A DNA stretch of 64,000 nt from Ostreococcus lucimarinus (taxonomy: Eukaryota), in the NCBI GenBank assembly GCA_000092065.1, contig CP000596.1; one strand, given 5' to 3'. Below, piece by piece: positions 29,523 through 39,268 of this stretch (within the stretch, counting starts at the first letter, position 1; each line of letters begins with the position of its first letter). Made by a program: the position numbers and the translations under genes. The notes under the pieces are model-generated. The model was not told the origin of the DNA, did not search any database, and was given only the letters and a program-made list of their open reading frames with translations.

Positions 29523-31736
29523 CTATTCGTCTCGCGCCCAGACGTCGCTGTAGACTCCGGGACGCGAGCTCTTCGGCGGATTGGCGCGACGACGAATGTA
29601 CGGCCCGCTCGATCTGAACCGACCGGTGCCGTCGTCGGGGAGCGCTAAAGCGACGTCACCGATGAGCGGGGTCGCAGCCTCGGTCCTGTCGGTGCGACGT
29701 CGATTGAATGAAATGGTTGAATCGTCGTCGTCGTTGACGCTGTACGAAAACGCCTTGACGGGCTTGTGCGTCGCCGTGCCGAATTCGTCGGCATGTGTGA
29801 TGTACAAGTCTTCATCGAACGCCAAAAGATCGACGTCTTCGTCTTCGTCGTCGCCGTCTATGATGCCGTAATCATCGACGTCCCGGTTGAACGCGCGACG
29901 AAGCGTGCACACGCTCGCCGCGACGAACGTGATCAACACGACGACGGAAAAAGACAGGAAACGCCAGACATCCGCGTTGACCTGCGCCGAGGCGCGCTTG
30001 TACACTCGAACGTAGTCGACGTAATGAAACATGTCATCGTCGCACTGATTGAGCGCCGCAGGCATGCCGAACGGCGACACCGCGGTGTTCAGGATGAGAT
30101 AAAACGGCCATCGCGGAATGATGGGCACATTAAAGCGCGTCAAGTGATGCACGGGATGACCGTCGACGGTGAACGTCAAGCTATCCTTCGACCACTCCAC
30201 CGCATACGTGTGGAAATCCGCGCTGAAATCGATCGCGGGGTCCATCATGGGCGGGTACGCGCTTCGCGAGAAGCCTTCGGCGCCGCACTCCGCCTTTGGG
30301 GCGAAATGATATCCCGATTCCACCGTTCCCGCACGCGTCCCGGGCCCGCCCAAACCTCTGCCGTACGACTGCATGATGTCAATTTGCCCGCCAAGCGGCC
30401 AGCACGCGCGCTTCGGCACGCTCTTCTCGGGGTCAGGTAACATCCAGTGCTGCGGCCAAACGCCCGGACACTTGGACTCGGGAATCTTCGCGCGAATCTC
30501 AACTCGCCCGTACGTTTGCGTGAACGCCTCTTTCGTGTCCACCCAGCACGACAGGAACGGATACTGATCACCGCGACCACGATGACCCACGGCACCTCCG
30601 TGTGGCGTCGCGGCAGTGCGCACGCCTCGCTGACGCCGCGTCCCGATGACGAGCGCGCCGTCGACGACTTTACACATCTCGGGAACGTAAAACTGTTGCT
30701 GTCCGCCGTGTCGCTCTAAACCTGGCGCGCTCTCGTTCACCTTCGGTCGCCATTTCGATAAATCTAACGCATCACCGTCGAACTCGTCGCTGAACGTCAA
30801 CTCCCATCCCGGCTGTCTCGCGTCCTTCGACGAGGCGCCCTTCGTCGACCCCGGCACGCTTTGCGGAAACCCACGTCGAGGGGTCGCGCCCGCGCGCCGC
30901 CGCGCCGCCGCGCGCTCTTTTATCGCCGCCGCGTTCGCTGGCGGTCGAGTCGGCATCGTTCTCGCCGCCGACGGCGCGTCTTCTTCCCCTCCCGTCGCGC
31001 CGTCGCCCGCGCCGGCGAGCGCGTCTCTCGCGCGACGCAGCGCCTCGTCTGGATCCTCCAACGCCCCCAGCGCCGCCTCATCGCGTTCTCTGCGCATTCG
31101 CGCCCGTCTAATTTTCATCATCTGTCGCTTCGTCGGCGCCCTCGCGCCCAACCGCGCCGTCGAACCGCCCGCGTCGTCTTCGTCCTCCTCCTCGTCCTCG
31201 TACGCCTCCTCGTCCTCGTCCTCGTCCGCCCCGTACATCTCGTCCGGATCGTCCGGCGCCTCGTCCTCGACGATCCTGCGCATCAACGCGTCGTCCATCG
31301 TCCCGAACCGCGTCCCCGCGCTCGCGTCGACGTACCCCGGCGCGTCGCCCGCGTCGTCCCGCGCGTTGGGTGTTGCGTCTCGCGTCGTCCCGTCCCCGCC
31401 CGCGCCTTCGCCCGTCGCGCGTCCCGATCGCGCCCTCGCGAGCGTCGCGAGCGTCACCGCGCACATCGCCGCCCGCGCGCGACGCGACGTCGCGCCGCGC
31501 GTCGCGCGCCGCGATCGGCGCCGCGTCGAATGCGCGGCGTCCATCGCCTCGCGCGCGTCGTCCCGCGTCGACGTCGTCGCCGTCGGTCGCCGCGCGCCGC
31601 CGCGCGCGTCGCCGCCGTCGCGCGTCACGCGCGCGACGTCGCCGTGTGTCGCGCGCCGCGCCGCGCGACCGACGACCGACGCCGCGCGCGGGATGTTGGC
31701 GCCGCGCATAAAACCAATCGCGCGATTCGTTCGCAT
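29523..31736 (-). CDS. GH16-like (laminarinase/beta-1,3-glucanase fold) membrane protein with both catalytic Glu replaced by Gln. It has a long disordered acidic/basic N-terminal region, one TM helix after the GH16 domain, and a C-terminal tail.
   Basis: GH16 signatures are VWPQHWMLP and FHTYAVEWSKDSLTFTVDG. The active-site strand is WPLGGQIDIMQ, where GEIDIME would be expected (CAA/CAG codons at + 30369-30389). The TM helix FLSFSVVVLITFVAASVCTL follows the domain. There is no N-terminal signal peptide in the ORF starting at ATG 31734-31736, so the start may differ. Confidence 0.65.
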   Translation of the reverse strand: MRTNRAIGFMRGANIPRAASVVGRAARRATHGDVARVTRDGGDARGGARRPTATTSTRDDAREAMDAAHSTRRRSRRATRGATSRRARAAMCAVTLATLARARSGRATGEGAGGDGTTRDATPNARDDAGDAPGYVDASAGTRFGTMDDALMRRIVEDEAPDDPDEMYGADEDEDEEAYEDEEEDEDDAGGSTARLGARAPTKRQMMKIRRARMRRERDEAALGALEDPDEALRRARDALAGAGDGATGGEEDAPSAARTMPTRPPANAAAIKERAAARRRAGATPRRGFPQSVPGSTKGASSKDARQPGWELTFSDEFDGDALDLSKWRPKVNESAPGLERHGGQQQFYVPEMCKVVDGALVIGTRRQRGVRTAATPHGGAVGHRGRGDQYPFLSCWVDTKEAFTQTYGRVEIRAKIPESKCPGVWPQHWMLPDPEKSVPKRACWPLGGQIDIMQSYGRGLGGPGTRAGTVESGYHFAPKAECGAEGFSRSAYPPMMDPAIDFSADFHTYAVEWSKDSLTFTVDGHPVHHLTRFNVPIIPRWPFYLILNTAVSPFGMPAALNQCDDDMFHYVDYVRVYKRASAQVNADVWRFLSFSVVVLITFVAASVCTLRRAFNRDVDDYGIIDGDDEDEDVDLLAFDEDLYITHADEFGTATHKPVKAFSYSVNDDDDSTISFNRRRTDRTEAATPLIGDVALALPDDGTGRFRSSGPYIRRRANPPKSSRPGVYSDVWARDE

Positions 31737-32010
31737 CGCGCGCGCGTTTTACCCCATCATCGCGCGTTCGCGTTCGCCGACCCCGCGACGCGCGTAAATT
31801 CCGAGATGGGCGTCGCGAGGCGCGGAATGCGCGATCACCGATCGACGGCGTCGATGACCGATCGTGGGAATCGCGGTTACGGGCGCGACGCGCGATCGCG
31901 GAATTCACGCGCGCGCCGGCGCGAACCCCGCGGGGCGACCGGCGGCACATCGTCGCGCGTCGCGGAGCACTCAGGACGCTCTTAAGAAGGCAACGCGCGA
32001 GGATAAAATC

Positions 32011-32239
32011 ATGGCTCCGAAGCAAGGATCGAAGAAGGCGGCCGAGGGCATCAACGCGCGACTGCAGATCGTCATGCGATCGGGGCGGTACACGCTCGGG
32101 TACAAGCAGTGCCTGAAGACGCTGCGCAAGGGACAGTCGAAGCTCGTGCTGATCTCGAACAACTGCCCGGCGCTGCGCAAGAGCGAGATCGAGTACTACG
32201 CGATGTTGGCGAAGACCGGGGTGCATCACTACGCCGGAA
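32011..32239 (+). CDS. RPL30: 60S ribosomal protein L30e, exon 1
   Basis: [76 protein letters not shown] matches RPL30e. The GTGCGT donor lies at 32240. Confidence 0.85.
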
Positions 32240-32297
32240 GTGCGTGCGCGAGGCGACGCGATTCGACGCGATGCGACGCGCGAGGACGGGGGGGTGG

Positions 32298-32307
32298 AAA
32301 ACCCTAA
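32298..32307. promoter_or_regulatory. Telo-box AAACCCTAAA inside the RPL30e intron
   Basis: The intron sequence ggaaaaccctaaagacgg holds 1.4 units of the CCCTAAA (TTTAGGG) telomere repeat. In plants this matches the telo-box cis-element typical of ribosomal-protein gene 5' regions and introns. Confidence 0.4.
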
Positions 32308-32362
32308 AGACGGCGACGACGCGCGAGAGACTGACGAAGACGACGAACGCGTCGCGTGAACA

Positions 32363-32469
32363 GATAACGTCGATCTCGGCACGGCGTGCGGTCGATACTA
32401 CCGCGTGTCTTGCATGTCGATCACCGATCCGGGCGACTCCGACATCGTCAAGGCGGTGCCGGAGGAGTA
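32363..32469 (+). CDS. RPL30: 60S ribosomal protein L30e, exon 2 (the 123-nt intron spans 32240-32362)
   Basis: After the splice (phase 1) the exon encodes [35 protein letters not shown], which matches the RPL30e C-terminus ([29 protein letters not shown]). The intron carries the branch motif GAGACTGACGA and a CAG acceptor. Confidence 0.85.
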
Positions 32470-32727
32470 AACGCGCGAAGCCGTTCGGCGACGCGCGGGC
32501 GATTCTTCGGACGATGATTGGTTCGGGCGATCGCGACGCGATCGACGTCGCGAGTTTGCTTGTAATAGATCATCGACTCGCTTCGAGAGTTATTTTAAAT
32601 CGGTCAAACGTCGCGGGTGGTGATGAAACTCTGTATCTGGTCTTCTTTCCACTGAGGAGACGTCGTCTCGGCGACGTCATGAAGAGAATGTCCGCATACC
32701 TTCTGAACCCAACTCTCTTTTGCGTCG

Positions 32728-32770
32728 CTCGTTCCTCGTTCGCTCGTTCGCTCGTTCGCTCGTTCGCTCG
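32728..32770. repeat. (TCGTTCGC)n octanucleotide microsatellite: four perfect copies plus degenerate flanks, in the RPL30e 3' region
   Basis: The sequence reads tcgttcgctcgttcgctcgttcgctcgttcgc at 32736-32767. Confidence 0.6.
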
Positions 32771-32810
32771 CGATAGAAATCTAGATTACAAAATGATGAT
32801 CAACGTTCGA

Positions 32811-33782
32811 CTACGCGGCGGCGGCGGCGGCGGCGCGCGCTGCCTCCCACTCGTCCACGCACTCGACGAGCAAACGATTGACGAGCTCGGGGGCCTCGTC
32901 TTGCGGGCAGTGTCCGACGCCCGGGAGCGGGATGAACTTATCGGCGTACGACGCGTATAGTTTCCGCCCTTGGTCGATGTTCTCCCACGGATCTTTATCG
33001 CCCCAGAACATGCGCACCGGGACGTCGCATCGAGGCAACAACTCCTCGGGCAGCGGACCGCCGCTGTACGAGATGAAATCCAAAAACACCTCCGCCGCGC
33101 CTTCGCGCAATCCCGGACTGAGAATCGCCTCCACGAGCTCATCCGTGACTTGCGCGGAGTCTCCGTACGCTTCGCACAAGATATTCTTCACCGTCCGCGC
33201 CTTGGCCACCGAACCGAAGAAGGACTTTCCCACGCTCGTCTCTCGAAGCGTTCGCTGCAGCGCCTTCACGAACGGTCGAATGATCGCCGGCTGCTTGCTC
33301 ACGTGCAATCCACGCAGGCTGATATTCATCAGCACCACCCCGCGCACCTTCGTCGGCGCGTCCACGGCGGCTTGCAACCCCGCGACGCCGCCCACCGAGT
33401 TGCACGCCACGTACGCCGGCGTCCCCACCACCTCGTCCAAAAAATCCTCAATCTGCTTTCCCCACGTCTCGAAGCAGTATATCTCGTTCTGTTCTCGCAG
33501 CATCGGATTCGGTTTATCGCTGTACCCGTACCCGAGCAGATCGATCGCGTACACGCGCTTGCCAGTCGCCGCCAGCGCGTTTACGTTTCTTCTCCAGTGG
33601 TCCGCGTTCCCGCCGAATCCGTGCACCAGCACCACCGCCGGTCCGTCGCCGTCGCCGACCGCCTCCGTGTACCGTATCGCGTGCGTCTCGTTCGTGCGCG
33701 GCGCGCGCCAGCGCCAGTAGCGCTCGTCCACGCCGTAGCGCTGCGCGCGCGTCGCCGGCGTCGTCGTCCCGGTCGACGTCAT
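32811..33782 (-). CDS. Alpha/beta-hydrolase of the pheophytinase (PPH)/CLD1-like family
   Basis: VVLVHGFGGNADHWRRNVNALAATGKRVYAIDLLGYGYSDKP, the nucleophile elbow CNSVGG, the Asp region GDKDPWE and the His motif GHCPQDE parallel the PPH-family motifs (VLIHGFGAS..HW, GNSLGG, GDLDPW, GHCPHDE). The start is ATG 33780-33782 (MTSTGTT…). A possible transit-peptide start (MTLGAAPRAPP...) lies at 33918-33920. The rest of the 684-aa track ORF is rejected because it overlaps Listerin. Confidence 0.8.
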   Translation of the reverse strand: MTSTGTTTPATRAQRYGVDERYWRWRAPRTNETHAIRYTEAVGDGDGPAVVLVHGFGGNADHWRRNVNALAATGKRVYAIDLLGYGYSDKPNPMLREQNEIYCFETWGKQIEDFLDEVVGTPAYVACNSVGGVAGLQAAVDAPTKVRGVVLMNISLRGLHVSKQPAIIRPFVKALQRTLRETSVGKSFFGSVAKARTVKNILCEAYGDSAQVTDELVEAILSPGLREGAAEVFLDFISYSGGPLPEELLPRCDVPVRMFWGDKDPWENIDQGRKLYASYADKFIPLPGVGHCPQDEAPELVNRLLVECVDEWEAARAAAAAAA

Positions 33783-33945
33783 CGCGACGCGCGCGCGCCG
33801 TCTCGCGTCGCCGCGCGCGCGCCGCGGCGCGCGACGCGCCGGCGAGCGACGCGCGACGTCGCGGAGCGTCGACGGCGGCGCGCGCGGCGCGGCGCCGAGC
33901 GTCATCGCGCGCGCGGCCGGCCGAGACGCGTCAGAGTGACGCGCG

Positions 33946-36900
33946 ATGGGACGCGAGCGCGTCGCCGCGTCGAGCGCGTCCGCGGCGCCCGCGAGCGCGG
34001 AGCGCGCGCGACGCGCGCTCGCGGACGCGCCCGCGGCGTCCGCGCTCTCGGGGTGCGTCGACCGCGCGAGCGACGCGAGGGCGACGCGCGCGAACGAAGG
34101 CGCGCGCGAACGACGACTGACGACGCGACGACGCGCGACGACGACGCGACGCAGGTTCGGGTTCGGTGGATACGCCGGACAGGTGTCCCTGACGGCGCGC
34201 GCGGCGAGCGACGCGAGCGCGGACGCGGGAGAGGTGGACGAGGACGCGGCGCGCGCGCTGCGGCGATGCGCGCAAAAGTCGTCGACGGCGACGAAGGCGA
34301 AGGCGCTGCGAGAACTCCGCGACGCGCTGTTCGTCGACGCCGCGGACGAAGATTCGATGGAGGAAGTGGCGAAAAAGGTGAAAACGGTCGCGGGCGTGCT
34401 CGGGGTGTCGCGGGCGTGGGCGAGGGCGTACGATAAATTGGCGGGCGACGGCGACGCGGGATGTCGACGCGAGGCGGCGGCGTTGAACGGAGCGATCGCG
34501 GTGGCGGCGGGGAAGGGACTGGGGAAGATTTTGAAGAGCACGCCGATCATGTGCGCGTGGGTGCGGGGGATGTGCGATCCAAGCGCGGAGGTGCGAGAGA
34601 TGGCGATGGTGGCGTTTGAGAAGACGTTTTCGACCGATGCGCGACGCGCGGGGGCGTTGGCGCTCGCGCACGAAGTGATTTTAGACGATTTGATCGAGGC
34701 TTTGAAACGGCGCGGGCCGCAGGATATGATCTTTAAGGAAGGCTCAGAGGCTGAGCAGTACGCGCGTTTCGAGTTGAGCGCGCGCGCGGCTCTCAGGGCG
34801 GTGACGTTTACGTGTGAGCGATTGAGCGCGTTTGAGGGAGACGAGAGCGACGCCGCGGCGAGCAAGTTTAGTTATTTGCTCGATGAGTTGGCGACGTTAA
34901 AGACGCAAATTCGAGGTGAATACATGGTCATACGCCGAGATGCGTACGCGACGTTGGCGGCGATTTGTAAGCGCGCGGTCGATGACGAAATCACCCCGGC
35001 GTGGCGAGACGCGCTTCGAGGCCAAGTGCCTAAAATTGCCTCGACGAGCTTCGCTCTGATTTCGTCCGAGACCGAGCCAGGAGCGATGCGTGATATGTGG
35101 GAGCTCATACTCGGTATCGCCACTTCGCACCCCGACGCTTGGGGCGCTATAGATGTCGAAAAAACCTTCATGTCTGGCTTGCGCAAGCACTTCAAACGCG
35201 GGAGCTACGGCGCCGCGAGTGTTTCGTCGCCGTCGCTCCTTCCGCTTCTCGCGCACTTGCCCCCGAAAGCGCTTATCGAGCGCGACGCCGATGGTCGCGC
35301 CATGTCGGGATTAGTGCGCGTCATGGACGCCGTTTTTGCGGGGTGGTGTTTCTTGAGTTCGAGCGCCGTTCGCTCAAACGAGGCGCGCGATACGCTGCCG
35401 GCGATGCGCGAAGGCGTTTTATACGGCGTTCTGAAGCTCGCCCCGCTCACCGATCACGCGGAAGAGTGCGCCACGCACGTCTTGGTCGATCACGTGGTCG
35501 ATGTGTGGATGCGAGAGTTTTTAGCGCGCGGTAACGGCGCCGCGCTCGATTTGATGTGCGACGTGCTCAACGTGCTGAGCACAAAGCCGCACGCGAAGAC
35601 CGCCGTCGTGGAGGCGTGGGCGAAATTAGGAGACATCACAGAAGCGGCGTTGGACGACCCCGAAAAAGGCGAACACGCAAATGCGATGTACGCTCGACTG
35701 TTTGCATCGGGGAAATTCGCGTCGTCGTCGCAGGCTACGGCGCCATTCGCGAAGGCTGTTTTCGCGCAAGCAGTGGATGCGCCGTCGAAGCAAACCTTCG
35801 AGCGATTGGCGACCTTGGTCGAGAGTCTAGGCGTTGAGCCATTCGACGGTGCGCAACGTTTGATGGACTTCGCACTCGCGGACAACGCGCCACAAGGTTC
35901 GGGCGCGGTCGTCGCTGCGGTGTTGAAGCACGACGCGAGCTGGTGGAGCGCGGTGCTGGATGACGCGAACGCGGCGGATGAATTGGAGTCGTCTTCGCGC
36001 GTGCGAGTCGTAACGGAAGCAATCGCCGCCACGAAATCGTTCGGTGAACTCAAATGCCCGGCGCTCGATGATCTCGTTCGTCGATGCGCGAAGCGATCGA
36101 GTGATGCTTCGTGCTCGCAACTGTTAATCGCCATCTCGCAGTTTTTTGAACCGGTTTCCGCCGACGTCGCATCCGACGTCTTTGAAAGTCTCGCTTCGAG
36201 CGACCTCGGCGACGGCGCGTCGAACGCGCGTAAAGCGCTGCGCGAGTGGATACTGATACCGCCTAAAGAAGCACTGAGTATTCCGTGGTCAAATGCCGTC
36301 GGTGCACTCTTCGCACACGTGCTCTTGGAAAGTCAGCACACCGTGAAGTGCGTGATTCACGAAGCCGAGAGCGAGGGTGAAAGCGAGGACGAGGTGGAAT
36401 ACGACGAGACGAAAGTCGGAGAAGTGCAACGCGATTGGAAAGCTTTCGAGTGCGACGCAGAGAGTAATCCAGTACTGTCACCCGCGCTTCAGGCCGCGTT
36501 CACAACCGCCATCGCACGCACCGCCGCGGCGACGGCGGCGACGCAACACCCAGGTGAATCCGATTTGGTTTTGAGATTGTGGGCGCAGATGACCGCGCGA
36601 GCGCTTCGAGCGTTCCACGTCGACGATGAGACGTTTGCAAAATGCATCGTCGACGAAATGGAAAATAACGTGGACGACGATGTGACTTTTCACTGGCTGA
36701 ACGCCGTCGCGCGCGTTCTCGATTGGAGCTCGTTGTTGCGCGCGATGGATGCAGACAGGCGAAAAGAATTCACGGTCGACGCGTTAGCGCTGGCGCCGAG
36801 TGTCAATAAAGCGTTCGCGATTGCGCTGTGCGGTGATGCTGCGATGCAAACGCAAATATTCGTCTCGCTCGTCAACGCGGTGTTGGAGGCGTCGCCAGAT

Positions 36901-39180
36901 GATGAATCTGCCGAAGACGCGTTGCTCAATTTTTCGCGTCGCGCTCGCGCGCTCGACGAGGCTTGGATCGACAATCACGCCGATGTCGTGCGCGAGTTCC
37001 TCGACGCGTCAAGCGCGAAGCGCGATACGTGTTCAAATCGTTTGACGCGAGTCATACCGTGGATATTACCCTCTGACATGTCTGGGGGCGCGCACGCCGA
37101 GCGTTTCATCGCTGAGCTCACGCGCGAGGTGATTGCGGATATCGAAAACCGTCGCCGACGATTGGATGGCGCTAAGATTCGACTCGTCGCCGCATGTTTT
37201 AGCCGCGCGGACGACTTGGGTGAAACGATTGTCGTGCATTCGATTCAAGACCCCGCGTGCGCGCCTCTCGTGGAGGTGTTTCGCGCGATTGCCAAACGAG
37301 AAGCGGCAGAGGCCGCCGCGAGCGCCGCCGCGGCGCGCTTCGGCGACGCTGGCGATAGCGAGTCGCGCGATGGTTCGAGTGCATCTGATGTAGGCATCGC
37401 CGCGCTCACCGCGGCAATCATTCGTCGCACCGCCGCGGATTTCGATTCTCGAGATTGGGGCTCTATAATCGGGCGATTGCACGCGTGGACGGCGTTGCGG
37501 GCGAAGATGGCGGAGACGTACGCAGAGAACGAAGCCGTCGACGGGGACGACGGTTCACAGTCGGCGCACGCTGCGGCGACGATCGTGTGTCTCATCGATG
37601 CGTTACCGATGGAACTTCTTGAAGCCACGGATTCGTCTTCGGGTGATCTCGTTCCTTACGCGGCGCATGGGTCGTCGATGATGACCATCGCCAAGGCGCT
37701 CGCGAATGCGTCGTGGCCGCGCGAGCGCGCCGAAATCGTCGAACGTTTATATCGTTGCGTCATCATCACCGGTACCGAGCTGCGCGACGTCGAAGAGGAG
37801 GACGACGACGAGCGTCGACATCGCTTCTGGGCCCGATGCCGGGACGAGACGCGCATGTGGATACGCATCGCTGACATTGCGTGCGGCGGCACGCCGACAA
37901 AGACGAGCGCGTGGCGAGCCGGCGTTTACGTAGACGCGTGGGACGATGCCCCGTGTGAATCCATAGGCGCGCTTTACCAGTTGCTCGCCATGTTGCCGAC
38001 GTTGTGGTTCGACGTTTCGGCCGCCGACGACGACGAAGTATTGGAAGCGCTCAGGCGCGCGGCTTATGGTTTGCTTTCCAACGAAGCGCTCATCCAAGCC
38101 GCCGTCGTCGGCTTGGACGCGGGAATCGCAGACGTCGCCAAGGTGGAGCAAGCCCTCGACGCCGCGCTCGCGGCCGCGGACGAGAACGACGAAGCAGACG
38201 TCGGTAACTTTGGGACACCCGCCGAAAGCGCCGGATTGCGCGAAGATTTGGCGACACTCCTATCGAGCGCCGGGTACGAGCCACGCGTCGCGTGGTTAGG
38301 CTGGGCCTTGCTCTTCCGCTACGTCCTCGCCTTGCCCATCGAGTCTTCGTGCAGGGAGCGTTTGGTGAATTATACGCGCGAAACAAAGGCGATTCCATCG
38401 CTTATGCGCGACATCATGCGCTCGATGCCCCTTCCCGAGAGTGCGGACGTAGAAAGCGAAGACGATTTGCCGTCGTCGTGGCGAGGCGTCGATTGGGACA
38501 ATCCCGCGTCGGCGACGCAAATTTATGATCCGAGATTCTCGTTCGAAGTCTTAATGTACGCCGCCGCGCTCCGCGCGCTTCCAGCGAGCGTTCGAGCGTT
38601 CGTAAGCGACATGAAACCTCAACGCGACGCCAAGCGTCTCGAAGGTGCCACCTCGGCGACGGTTTCGCCGACGCTCATCGCCGCCGAATTCAAAGCCGTC
38701 TCCGCCATGACGTTCGCCGGCGACGGCACGGGATCACTCACCGTCAAGCCCTCCATCGCCACGCGCGAATTTCTCACGACGTACGAAATCGACGAATCCT
38801 CCCTCGAGCTCACCGTGCGTCTCCCCAACGCCTACCCCCTCGCCCCGGCGGAGCTCGTCTGCGCCAAGCGCGTCGGCATCTCCGAGGCTCGCCTTCGCAA
38901 ATGGATGCTCGGCATCTCCGCCATCCTCAAGCATCAAAACGGTGCCGTCGCCCAGGCTTTACTCCAATGGCAGCGCAACATCGACGCCGAGTTCGCCGGC
39001 GTGGAGCCGTGTCCGATTTGCTACGCCGTCATCCACCCCGTGGATCATCAAAAGCCTCGCCTGCGCTGTCGCCAGTGCTCGAACACCTTTCACGCCACCT
39101 GTCTCTACACCTGGTTCCGCACGTCGAGCAAGAGTTCGTGTCCACTGTGCGTCACGCCGTGGGGGAGTTCGTACCGTTAG
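33946..39180 (+). CDS. LTN1: Listerin (LTN1/Rkr1) E3 ubiquitin ligase of ribosome quality control: 1,744 aa, single exon, HEAT/ARM repeats, RWD-like region and a C-terminal RING-CH
   Basis: The N-terminal conserved block is FGFGGYAGQV…KAKALRELRDAL (compare the human GFIGFG…KLKALQEF). The C-terminal RING is CPICYAVIHPVDHQKPRLRCRQCSNTFHATCLYTWFRTSSKSSCPLCVTPW. The overall size fits. Confidence 0.9.
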   Translation: MGRERVAASSASAAPASAERARRALADAPAASALSGCVDRASDARATRANEGARERRLTTRRRATTTRRRFGFGGYAGQVSLTARAASDASADAGEVDEDAARALRRCAQKSSTATKAKALRELRDALFVDAADEDSMEEVAKKVKTVAGVLGVSRAWARAYDKLAGDGDAGCRREAAALNGAIAVAAGKGLGKILKSTPIMCAWVRGMCDPSAEVREMAMVAFEKTFSTDARRAGALALAHEVILDDLIEALKRRGPQDMIFKEGSEAEQYARFELSARAALRAVTFTCERLSAFEGDESDAAASKFSYLLDELATLKTQIRGEYMVIRRDAYATLAAICKRAVDDEITPAWRDALRGQVPKIASTSFALISSETEPGAMRDMWELILGIATSHPDAWGAIDVEKTFMSGLRKHFKRGSYGAASVSSPSLLPLLAHLPPKALIERDADGRAMSGLVRVMDAVFAGWCFLSSSAVRSNEARDTLPAMREGVLYGVLKLAPLTDHAEECATHVLVDHVVDVWMREFLARGNGAALDLMCDVLNVLSTKPHAKTAVVEAWAKLGDITEAALDDPEKGEHANAMYARLFASGKFASSSQATAPFAKAVFAQAVDAPSKQTFERLATLVESLGVEPFDGAQRLMDFALADNAPQGSGAVVAAVLKHDASWWSAVLDDANAADELESSSRVRVVTEAIAATKSFGELKCPALDDLVRRCAKRSSDASCSQLLIAISQFFEPVSADVASDVFESLASSDLGDGASNARKALREWILIPPKEALSIPWSNAVGALFAHVLLESQHTVKCVIHEAESEGESEDEVEYDETKVGEVQRDWKAFECDAESNPVLSPALQAAFTTAIARTAAATAATQHPGESDLVLRLWAQMTARALRAFHVDDETFAKCIVDEMENNVDDDVTFHWLNAVARVLDWSSLLRAMDADRRKEFTVDALALAPSVNKAFAIALCGDAAMQTQIFVSLVNAVLEASPDDESAEDALLNFSRRARALDEAWIDNHADVVREFLDASSAKRDTCSNRLTRVIPWILPSDMSGGAHAERFIAELTREVIADIENRRRRLDGAKIRLVAACFSRADDLGETIVVHSIQDPACAPLVEVFRAIAKREAAEAAASAAAARFGDAGDSESRDGSSASDVGIAALTAAIIRRTAADFDSRDWGSIIGRLHAWTALRAKMAETYAENEAVDGDDGSQSAHAAATIVCLIDALPMELLEATDSSSGDLVPYAAHGSSMMTIAKALANASWPRERAEIVERLYRCVIITGTELRDVEEEDDDERRHRFWARCRDETRMWIRIADIACGGTPTKTSAWRAGVYVDAWDDAPCESIGALYQLLAMLPTLWFDVSAADDDEVLEALRRAAYGLLSNEALIQAAVVGLDAGIADVAKVEQALDAALAAADENDEADVGNFGTPAESAGLREDLATLLSSAGYEPRVAWLGWALLFRYVLALPIESSCRERLVNYTRETKAIPSLMRDIMRSMPLPESADVESEDDLPSSWRGVDWDNPASATQIYDPRFSFEVLMYAAALRALPASVRAFVSDMKPQRDAKRLEGATSATVSPTLIAAEFKAVSAMTFAGDGTGSLTVKPSIATREFLTTYEIDESSLELTVRLPNAYPLAPAELVCAKRVGISEARLRKWMLGISAILKHQNGAVAQALLQWQRNIDAEFAGVEPCPICYAVIHPVDHQKPRLRCRQCSNTFHATCLYTWFRTSSKSSCPLCVTPWGSSYR

Positions 39181-39268
39181 TCTCGATCGAGTAGCTAGTT
39201 TAGACGATACGAGTCGAGTTAGAATCCGTCGGCGTCGGCGTCGACGCCTCACACGTCGAGGCGTCGCG

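Noticed and set aside
32470-32810. Possible tRNA or small RNA gene in the larger intergenic gaps (also 13572-14218, 19316-19699, 41704-42048, 45756-46376)
   Set aside because: I found no GGTTCGAATCC-type T-loop plus acceptor-stem pattern and no box A/B arrangement by eye. An undetected snoRNA or ncRNA cannot be excluded without a covariance-model search (tRNAscan-SE/Infernal).
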